Under the pieces are notes generated by a model, which worked only from the letters and a program-made list of their open reading frames with translations, was not told the DNA's origin and searched no databases. From positions 1 to 64,000 of the forward strand of contig NZ_JABEMC010000006.1 in the NCBI RefSeq assembly GCF_013004595.1: a DNA stretch of 64,000 bases. The letters run 5' to 3'. The stretch's first letter is position 1. Each line of letters begins with the position of its first letter. Below, piece after piece: positions 53,679 through 61,374 of this stretch. Both the position numbers and the translations under genes were made by a program. The DNA comes from Brevibacterium luteolum (GTDB lineage: Bacteria; Actinomycetota; Actinomycetes; Actinomycetales; Brevibacteriaceae).

Positions 53679-54845
53679 TCAGTCCCGGACGAAGGCGAAG
53701 CGCTCCGGCAGAGCGGTGCGCTCGGCGAGCGCTGCAGCGACCGCCTCGCCGGTGGCTGGGGCGAGCTTGGCGCCGTGGCCAGAGCACGCGGAGACGATCG
53801 TGATGTCCTCGGCGGTGTCGATGATGAAGTCCTGGTCAGGTGTTGAGGTGAACAGGCAGGTGGCCCCGGCGTACGGCTCGGCCACCAGCCCGGGGATGCG
53901 GTCGCTGACGAAGTCGATCATCCGCGCCTGCCCGGCCTCGTCGAGCCGTCCGGTCTGCTCCTCGGCATCGCCGATCACCTGCCCGCCGTTGAACTCAGCG
54001 AGCTTGATGCCCAGGCGGGCGGTGCCAGACGTATCGGTGTAGGCGCCGTCGCGGCCGCCGGGCAGCCCGTAGGCCTGCATCGCAGCATCCTTGTGGATGA
54101 AGGTCGGCCAGTCGGTCGGCATCCCGGCTGCGATGGGGAAATGGTAGACCTGCTCCTGGCGGACAGTGACCCGGTTGAGCGCGCTCTGCGCGCGATCACA
54201 GACCGGCAGCCCGGAGCACAGCCCGGGCAGCCCGCCTCCGGCGGCGACGATGACATGGCGGGCACCCAGCTGCTCCCCCGTCGCCGAGGTGAGGGTGAGG
54301 TTGGCACCGGGCGGAGGCCCGCCTCGAGCGCGGGAGCCGTTGTCGACCTGCCATTGGGTGCGCAGCTGCGCGCCGTGGGCGAGCGCAGATTCGAGTGAGG
54401 CGGTCACCGCTGTCCCAGCGTCGATGACGCCGGCGTCGCGGTGGAAGAGGACGGGCCCGTCGAAGCGGAACTGCGGCCAGCGCTCCATCGCCGCCTCCGC
54501 GGTGAGGAGTTCGTAGTCGACGCCGAGGTCGGCCAGGACTTCGGCGAGGCGATCAGGTTGGCGGACCTGGCCGTGGTCGAGCGTGCCGGTGGCGGTGATG
54601 AGCTGGTGACAGGTTTCGTCGGCGAGTTCGTCGAACAGGCGGCGTGCCCGCAGCGCCATGTCGGAGTAGAAGGTCTCAGGGTAGGTGATGCGCAGGATGC
54701 GGGCCGAACCGTGGGAGCTGCCGCGCGGGCCGGCAGGTTCGTGCTGGTCGACGACGATGACCTCGCGACCGCGCTTGGCGAGGCTGCGGGCAATCGATGC
54801 ACCGACGAGCCCGGCTCCGATGACGACGTATTCGGCGGAATCCAC
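53679..54845 (-). CDS. FAD-dependent oxidoreductase, monomeric sarcosine oxidase-like
   Basis: GAGLVG, GSSHGSARI, TCLFTSTPD, CSGHGAK. Confidence 0.88.
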   Translation of the reverse strand: MDSAEYVVIGAGLVGASIARSLAKRGREVIVVDQHEPAGPRGSSHGSARILRITYPETFYSDMALRARRLFDELADETCHQLITATGTLDHGQVRQPDRLAEVLADLGVDYELLTAEAAMERWPQFRFDGPVLFHRDAGVIDAGTAVTASLESALAHGAQLRTQWQVDNGSRARGGPPPGANLTLTSATGEQLGARHVIVAAGGGLPGLCSGLPVCDRAQSALNRVTVRQEQVYHFPIAAGMPTDWPTFIHKDAAMQAYGLPGGRDGAYTDTSGTARLGIKLAEFNGGQVIGDAEEQTGRLDEAGQARMIDFVSDRIPGLVAEPYAGATCLFTSTPDQDFIIDTAEDITIVSACSGHGAKLAPATGEAVAAALAERTALPERFAFVRD

Positions 54846-54983
54846 GCGGGGCCCCCTTGCTGGTGGCCAGTCACGATGCGGGCCGGCAGCCGAAGCTGCA
54901 GGCCTGTGTCCCATCTTCTGCGAACGCATGCGCATGTGTCCAGAGGAAAGCCCCAGATCTTTGCGCCCTCGTAGACTCCGTGG

Positions 54984-55442
54984 GTGACCTACACCATTCG
55001 ATTCGCGCGAGCTGGCGAGGCAGCGACTCTGTCGGCTCTAGCCCTGCGGTCGAAAGGCCACTGGAACTACAGCGAGGACTTCCTCGAACTGTGTCGAGAT
55101 GAACTCACCTATTCGGCCGAAAAGTGTGCATCGGGAGACGTCTTCGTCGCCAAACAGGACGGCCAGGTTCTGGGCTTTGCAGCGATCGACGGAACTCCAC
55201 CCGACGGCGAATTGGAAGCGCTCTTTGTCGACATCGGCGCAATGGGCCGCGGGGTCGGCGGAGGGCTGCTCCAGCACCTTTTGAAGATTGCACGAAATCG
55301 AGGCTTCACGTCGCTGACGCTTCAAGCCGACCCCGGGGCCGAACCGTTCTATGCCCATCATGGCGCGATTCGGATCGGTGAAGCACCCAGCGGGTCGATT
55401 CCAGGGCGCATGCCGCCTGAACTCACGTTCTGCCTGACATGA
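54984..55442 (+). CDS. GNAT family acetyltransferase
   Basis: LFVDIGAMGRGVG motif A, ADPGAEPFY. Confidence 0.88.
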   Translation: MTYTIRFARAGEAATLSALALRSKGHWNYSEDFLELCRDELTYSAEKCASGDVFVAKQDGQVLGFAAIDGTPPDGELEALFVDIGAMGRGVGGGLLQHLLKIARNRGFTSLTLQADPGAEPFYAHHGAIRIGEAPSGSIPGRMPPELTFCLT

Positions 55443-55584
55443 CCCACATGCGCAGGTGTAGCTGTGACCCAGCCTTCCGGTTCATCAGACACATCGTGGG
55501 CGCCAGTCATGGCCAGCGGCTGGAGGCGGTGCGACGATGGAGTCCTCGCAGGTGCGTGGTGTGCGCTGAGAAGAGGGAGTGCCG

Positions 55585-56058
55585 ATGACACTGATGACAG
55601 ATCCGGCCGAGGTGCTGCGGCAGAAGGAGATCACGTTGCCGCTGCCGCTGTCGCCGGCAGGTCAGTACAGTCCTGTCCGGCAGGTCGGGAACCTTGTGTT
55701 CCTCTCCGGGATGGGCCCGACGAATGCGCCGGAGGGTGTTCCGGTCACCGGCAAGGTCGGCCGCGATGTCAGCCTCGCGCAGGCGCAGCATGCTGCTTAC
55801 CTCACGTGCCTGAATGCACTGTCCTCGCTGGAGGCACACTGCGGTTCCCTGTCGGCAGTCGCCGGGTTCGTCAAGGTCAACGGCTACGTCAACTGCGCAC
55901 CGGGATTCATCGACCTGCCGCCGATCATCGACGGGTTCTCCTCACTCATCAACGAGCTGTGGCCGGAGAGCATCCCGCATGCGCGGGCGGCCATCGGGGT
56001 GGCAGAGCTGCCCTTCGACATCTGCGTCGAAGTGGAGTGCGTGGCAGAGCTGCGCTGA
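55585..56058 (+). CDS. RidA/YjgF family protein
   Basis: GNLVFLSG, GKVG, HARAAIGVAELP..VEVE. Confidence 0.9.
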   Translation: MTLMTDPAEVLRQKEITLPLPLSPAGQYSPVRQVGNLVFLSGMGPTNAPEGVPVTGKVGRDVSLAQAQHAAYLTCLNALSSLEAHCGSLSAVAGFVKVNGYVNCAPGFIDLPPIIDGFSSLINELWPESIPHARAAIGVAELPFDICVEVECVAELR

Positions 56059-56337
56059 AGCTCAGCGCCCGGCGGTCCGGCGGGACAACTCCGGTGTAGT
56101 CGCGGTGGCGGGCGATGAAGGAGCCCATACCGCCTGAACCGTGGACGACGCGATGAGCGGGCAGTCCTGCGGTGGCGCCTGCGCCCGATCCGAGTCCTTC
56201 CGACCAGACTCTTCGCTGTGGCCCCAGTTCCAGCCTGCCGCTTCAACCGGGGGAGACAGGGCCGCGACAGCAGGGACGCCGGTCGCGACTTCTTTCCACA
56301 GTTTGGGCGCAGCCTCTTGAAAGGCTGGGAGACACCC

Positions 56338-56377
56338 GTTAATTTGATTAACACCCTTATATGTCTGATGGCATATA
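56338..56377. promoter_or_regulatory. two AT-rich palindromes upstream of the tad cluster
   Basis: GTTAAT-ttg-ATTAAC (56338-56352) and TATATG-N8-CATATA (56358-56377). Confidence 0.45.
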
Positions 56378-56408
56378 GGTCTCCCCTCAAACAGTGAAGG
56401 TACCCCAG

Positions 56409-57635
56409 ATGAACGCAGCTGAGATCATCGCCGCAGAGGTGCGCGAGGAGATCCGCAGACGCGGCATCGACCCGCGCACCGAACCGGCGCCGACCCGAGA
56501 GCTCGTCGTGCAGGCCGTCCACGACTACGACGAGCGGACGCTGGCAGGCTCCCTTCCTCTGCTTGCCGACGTCGAACAGACCTGCCGGGAGATCTTCGAC
56601 CAGGTCTCGGGCTTCGGGCCGCTGCAGCAGTACCTCGACGACCCCGAGGTCGAGGAGATCTGGCTCAACTCCCCGCACCAGATCTTCGTGAGCCGGCGCG
56701 GAGTCAGCGAGCTGACGACCACCGTGCTGAGTGAGGCGGATGTCGACGAGCTCATCGAGCGGATGCTGCGCACAACCGGCCGGCGCGTCGATCTCTCCAG
56801 CCCTTTCGTCGACGCCTCGCTGCCCGACGGATCACGGCTGCATGTCGTGCTGCCGGACATCACGCGCAAGCATCCGGCGATCAACATCCGCAAGTTCATC
56901 ACCCGCACCCGCAACCTCGGCGACCTCGTCGCACTCGGGACCCTCACCTCGGCGGCGGCTCAGTTCCTCTCCATCGCCGTGGCAGCAGGTGCCAATGTGC
57001 TCGTCTCCGGGGCCACCCAGGCCGGCAAGACGACCATGCTCAACGCGCTCACCGGGGCGATCCCGGTCCGCGACCGGGTGGTGACGTGCGAGGAGGTCTT
57101 CGAGCTCTCGGTTCCCTCCCGCGACTGGGTGCCGATGCAGTGCCGGCAGGCCTCCCTGGAGGGCACCGGCGAGGTGACGCTGCGCAACCTGGTCAAGGAG
57201 GCACTGCGAATGCGGCCCGACCGCGTCATCGTCGGCGAGGTCCGCGAGGCTGAGAGCTTCGACCTGCTCGTGGCGATGAACTCAGGGCTGCCGTCGATGG
57301 GCTCGATCCACGCGAACTCCGCGCGCGCGGCAGTGACGAAGCTGTGCACGCTCCCCCTCCTGGCCGGCCCGAACATCGGCTCGTCGTTCGTCACCCCGAC
57401 TGTCGCCAGCTGCGTCGACCTCGTCGTGCATATGCGGCTCGATCGCAGCGGGCAGCGCCGGGTCGAGGAGATCGTCGCCGTGCCCGGCGGCATCGAAGGC
57501 GAGGTCATCGAACTCGAAACCGTCTTCACCTCCACTGCCGACCGGCGGCTGGTGCGCGGCCACGGCTATACCCACCTCGGTGAGCGGTTTGCGCAGCTCG
57601 GCCATGACATCCACACCGTGCTCGAGGCGGCGTGA
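56409..57635 (+). CDS. tadA: CpaF/TadA pilus assembly ATPase
   Basis: GATQAGKTT, CEEVFEL, ALRMRPDRVIVGEVR, SIHANS. Confidence 0.93.
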   Translation: MNAAEIIAAEVREEIRRRGIDPRTEPAPTRELVVQAVHDYDERTLAGSLPLLADVEQTCREIFDQVSGFGPLQQYLDDPEVEEIWLNSPHQIFVSRRGVSELTTTVLSEADVDELIERMLRTTGRRVDLSSPFVDASLPDGSRLHVVLPDITRKHPAINIRKFITRTRNLGDLVALGTLTSAAAQFLSIAVAAGANVLVSGATQAGKTTMLNALTGAIPVRDRVVTCEEVFELSVPSRDWVPMQCRQASLEGTGEVTLRNLVKEALRMRPDRVIVGEVREAESFDLLVAMNSGLPSMGSIHANSARAAVTKLCTLPLLAGPNIGSSFVTPTVASCVDLVVHMRLDRSGQRRVEEIVAVPGGIEGEVIELETVFTSTADRRLVRGHGYTHLGERFAQLGHDIHTVLEAA

Positions 57636-57641
57636 TCGCCC

Positions 57642-58514
57642 ATGACGACGTCGCTGAGCGGAGCGCTGTGCGGGCTGGGCATCGGGGTGGGGCTGTTCCT
57701 CATCTGGTGGTCGTGCTGGGAGTCCCCGCCACGCCAGACCGAGCCGCCGCGCTTCATCCGCGACGCCCAGGACATGCTCACCACCGCCGGCCTGCCCAGG
57801 CTGCGGCCCTACCACCTCGTGCTCGGAGGACTGGGGGCTGCCGGGATCGCGTTCCTCTTCGCCTATGCCGTCACGAACGCGATCGCGATCGCCGGCTGCT
57901 TCGCCTTCTTCGCCGCACTCGTGCCGTCGTACGCGGTGCGGCACCGGGCACGGTCGCGCACCGTAGCCCGCCGGGCCCTGTGGCCGGAGGCGATTGACCA
58001 CCTCAACTCCGGTGTGCGGGCCGGTCTCGCCCTGCCCGAGGCGCTCGGCGGGCTCGCCCAGCGCGGGCCCGAGCCGCTGCGTCCGCTGTTCGCTGTCTTC
58101 GCTGAGGAGTACCGGGCAACCGGATCGTTCTCCATGGCGCTCACCGCCTTCAAGTCCGCCTGTGCCGACCCGGTCGCCGATCGCATCGTCGCCGCACTGG
58201 CAGTCACCCGCGAGGTCGGCGGCACCGATCTTGGCACGATGCTCAAGACGCTCAGCCAGTTCCTGCGCGATGACTCCCGCACCCGTGCGGAGATGCAGGC
58301 AAGACAGAGCTGGACGGTCACCGGCGCCCGGCTTGCCGTCGCCGCCCCATGGGTGGTGCTCGCCCTGCTGGCCACCCGGCCGGAGACCGCCCAGGCATAC
58401 AACTCGGCCACCGGCACACTGCTGCTGCTCGTCGGCCTCGCCATCTCACTGGTCGCCTACAGCGCGATGAAGCGCATCGGCCGGCTGCCCGCTGAACCGC
58501 GAGTGCTGCGATAG
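57642..58514 (+). CDS. TadB-like T2SS-F family membrane protein
   Basis: WPEAIDHLNSGVRAGLALPEAL, EVGG. Confidence 0.85.
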   Translation: MTTSLSGALCGLGIGVGLFLIWWSCWESPPRQTEPPRFIRDAQDMLTTAGLPRLRPYHLVLGGLGAAGIAFLFAYAVTNAIAIAGCFAFFAALVPSYAVRHRARSRTVARRALWPEAIDHLNSGVRAGLALPEALGGLAQRGPEPLRPLFAVFAEEYRATGSFSMALTAFKSACADPVADRIVAALAVTREVGGTDLGTMLKTLSQFLRDDSRTRAEMQARQSWTVTGARLAVAAPWVVLALLATRPETAQAYNSATGTLLLLVGLAISLVAYSAMKRIGRLPAEPRVLR

Positions 58515-58526
58515 GGACGGTGCACC

Positions 58527-59504
58527 ATGCCCTTTGAGATTCCCTTCGGCCCGCTCGGATCAGTGCGCATCGATCCGACGCATCCTGCTGTCATCATCGT
58601 CACCGGGCTGGTGCTCGGGCTGTCGCTCGCGTTCTTCGTCACCAGCTGGCCGATCTTCAACCGCATCACGCTCGCTGACCGTATCGCCCCGTATCTGCGC
58701 GATCAGCCGCGGATCGCGGCCCTGTTCGCAGAGACCGAACCCGCCGATGCCGGTGTGCGCGGCATCCTCACCTCCTGGCTCAACCGCGGAGGGTCCTGGC
58801 TGACCTCCAGGCTGACGACCAATGCCGGGATCACGGCACGCCTCGACCGCCTCGGGCCCGGAGAGACGATCGAGCGGTTCCGGGCGCACCAGCTGCTGCT
58901 CATCGCCGGCGGGTTCGGAGCCGGGGCGCTGCTGGCGGCGTTCGTGTCCGTCAGCCGCGGCCCACACCCAATCATCATCCTCGGCTGCCTCATCTTCGGT
59001 GCCGTCGCCGGGCATCTGCTCAACGACTGGTGGCTTTCGCACCGGGTGCGGCAGCGGGAAGCGCGGATCCTCGCGGAGTTCCCGACGATCGCCGAGCTGC
59101 TGGCCCTGTCCATCACCGCCGGTGAGGGAACAGTCGATGCGCTCGACCGAGCCTGCCGGGCCACCGAAGGCGAACTGAGCCGGGAGCTGGCCTACACCCT
59201 CGCCGAGGCCCGCACCGGCACTCCGCTCGTTGAGGCGCTCGACCACCTCGGCAAGCGCACCGGCATCCAGTCGATCGCGCAGTTCGTCGACGGGATGGCC
59301 GTCGCGATCGCCCGCGGCACTCCGCTGTCCGAGGTGCTGCGCGCCCAGGCCACCGATGTCCGCGATGAGGGACGCCGGCAGCTCATGGAGCTCAGCGGCA
59401 AGAAGGAAGTCGGGATGCTCGTTCCCGTCGTCATCTTCGTGCTGCCCATCACCGTCCTATTCGCGATCTTCCCGTCCCTGGCGGTGCTGAATCTGTCCTA
59501 CTGA
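58527..59504 (+). CDS. TadC-like T2SS-F family membrane protein
   Basis: EFPTIAELLAL, RGTPLSEVLRAQA, MLVPVV..LP. Confidence 0.85.
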   Translation: MPFEIPFGPLGSVRIDPTHPAVIIVTGLVLGLSLAFFVTSWPIFNRITLADRIAPYLRDQPRIAALFAETEPADAGVRGILTSWLNRGGSWLTSRLTTNAGITARLDRLGPGETIERFRAHQLLLIAGGFGAGALLAAFVSVSRGPHPIIILGCLIFGAVAGHLLNDWWLSHRVRQREARILAEFPTIAELLALSITAGEGTVDALDRACRATEGELSRELAYTLAEARTGTPLVEALDHLGKRTGIQSIAQFVDGMAVAIARGTPLSEVLRAQATDVRDEGRRQLMELSGKKEVGMLVPVVIFVLPITVLFAIFPSLAVLNLSY

Positions 59505-59582
59505 CCTTCTGTCCTGACCGCGCGCGTCTGCCGCGGCACCTGATACCGGCCGCCAGCCGGCGGCACACCGAAAGGAGAAACC

Positions 59583-59879
59583 ATGACCACCCCGACACGC
59601 ACCCCGGCCGCGCACTCCCCTGCCGAGGCGCCCACCCGCCGGTGGACCAGCTGGCACCTGCTCGTCATCGCCTTCGTGATCGACCCCTTCGCCTACCTGC
59701 CCGGGAGGGACGAGCGGGGCCGCAGGGAGACCAGCCCAGACCGCGGCGACGTGCCCGGCTGGGTGCTCATCACGATGATGACCGCGGGGCTTGTGGTGGC
59801 CCTGTGGGCGCTGGCCGGGGATGCCTTCACGTCGATGTTCGAGGACTCGATGTCGAAGGTGCGCGGTTCTGGCGGGTGA
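59583..59879 (+). CDS. Flp-type pilin candidate
   Basis: DRG|DVPGWVLITMMTAGLVVALW prepilin-like N-terminus. AAAGGAG RBS. Confidence 0.7.
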   Translation: MTTPTRTPAAHSPAEAPTRRWTSWHLLVIAFVIDPFAYLPGRDERGRRETSPDRGDVPGWVLITMMTAGLVVALWALAGDAFTSMFEDSMSKVRGSGG

Positions 59880-60322
59880 GTGTGGCCCGCACAGCTGAGA
59901 GCCTCCCCGGCAGCGGCCGCAGCAGTCACCGCAGTCTCGGTCTCGGCAGCGACGATGGTGTCGCTGTCGCTGAGTTCGTCATGGTGGCTGCCCTGCTGAG
60001 TCTGGTGTTCCTTGCGGTCATTCAGCTCGGGTTGGCGATGCATGTGCGCAACACTGTCATCGACTCGGCCGTCGCCGGGGCCCGGCTCGCCTCCCTGCCT
60101 GACGCCGCACCACGGGAGGGCGCCGAGCTGACCCAGCAGCTCATCAGCGATGCTGTCAGCAGCCGGTATGCCGAGCGCATCGACGTCGATTACAGCACCG
60201 TCGGCGGAGAGGACATCGTCACCGTGACGGTCACTACGCCTGTGCCGGTCATCGGTCTGCTGGGACCCACCGGCACCTGGCAGCTCAGTGGCCGCGCTCT
60301 CGTTGAGGACATCGACGGATGA
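59876..60322 (+). CDS. TadE-like pseudopilin
   Basis: DDG|VAVAEFVMV, GAR motif. Confidence 0.82.
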   Translation: MSVARTAESLPGSGRSSHRSLGLGSDDGVAVAEFVMVAALLSLVFLAVIQLGLAMHVRNTVIDSAVAGARLASLPDAAPREGAELTQQLISDAVSSRYAERIDVDYSTVGGEDIVTVTVTTPVPVIGLLGPTGTWQLSGRALVEDIDG

Positions 60323-60783
60323 GGTCGCCGATGACGTCCGCGCTGCGCCAGCGGCTGAGAGATGATGAGGGAACCGCGCCGATTGAGTTCATCTTCGCCT
60401 CGGTCGTGCTGCTGATCCCGCTCATCTACCTCATTCTCACTCTCGGGCACCTGCAAGCGGGGTCCTATGCGACGAACACGACGGCGATCAACGCCGCCCG
60501 CGTGGCAGCCGAACACCCCGGCAGCGCACAGGCCCGAGCCGAGGCGCTGGCGCAGATGCACTTCACCGATTTCGGTGTCGAGGACGCCACCTATGACGTG
60601 ACCTTCCGCTGCTCGGACTCGTGCACCGAAGCAGGCGGCATCGTCACCGCGCACGTCCGGGCGCGTATCCCGGTCCCCGGCGTGCCGGCGATCTTCGGCC
60701 CGCAGCGCACCCCGCACCTGACGGTCACCGCCGAGCACTCCGACGTCATCTACCCGCACCGCGATGCAGGCGCGCAGCCATGA
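60319..60783 (+). CDS. TadE/F-like pseudopilin
   Basis: DDEG|TAPIEF, AARVAA. Confidence 0.8.
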   Translation: MRSPMTSALRQRLRDDEGTAPIEFIFASVVLLIPLIYLILTLGHLQAGSYATNTTAINAARVAAEHPGSAQARAEALAQMHFTDFGVEDATYDVTFRCSDSCTEAGGIVTAHVRARIPVPGVPAIFGPQRTPHLTVTAEHSDVIYPHRDAGAQP

Positions 60784-61241
60784 TCGCCCACGCCCCGAAG
60801 CCCGGGAGACTCAGGCTCACCAGCGACGACGGGTCGATCACGCCGCTGGCGATCGGGTTCACCGCGATCGGCCTGGCACTCATCTTCCTCGCCGTCGTCA
60901 TCAGCGACATCTATCTCGCCCAGCGCAAGCTCTACGCGCTGGCGGACTCGGCTGCGCTCAGTGCCGCTGACAGCTTCCAGCCCTCCTATCAGGGCTCGGG
61001 ACCGCGGATCGAGTTCTCCGACGCCGAGGTGCAGGCCCGGGCCCATGACTACCTGCGGCAGGTGCCCCGGTCCGAGAGGTTCTACCGGGTGGGCGTGCGC
61101 GGCCGGGCGGTCGATGACTCGACTGTCGAAGTGTCGATCTCGACGCGGTTCCGGCCGGTGGCGCTCTCACCGTTCGTCCCGGATGGGATCCCGCTGGAGG
61201 CCACGGCCACCTCCCGCGGCGGCCTGCGTCTCGACCGGTGA
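60780..61241 (+). CDS. TadG-like pilus protein
   Basis: DDGS..., QRKLYALADSAALSAA. Confidence 0.8.
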   Translation: MIAHAPKPGRLRLTSDDGSITPLAIGFTAIGLALIFLAVVISDIYLAQRKLYALADSAALSAADSFQPSYQGSGPRIEFSDAEVQARAHDYLRQVPRSERFYRVGVRGRAVDDSTVEVSISTRFRPVALSPFVPDGIPLEATATSRGGLRLDR

Positions 61242-61374
61242 TCCGCCGCCGAGGCGGTAACTGGCTGTGGACCGTCGAGCTGGCTGGTGTGCGCGCGGGT
61301 GTGGACACTCCCGGTCGTCCACAGCGCTCTCGTCTCGGTGACCGGAGGGGTGGCCGCGTTCCTATCGTGCAGGC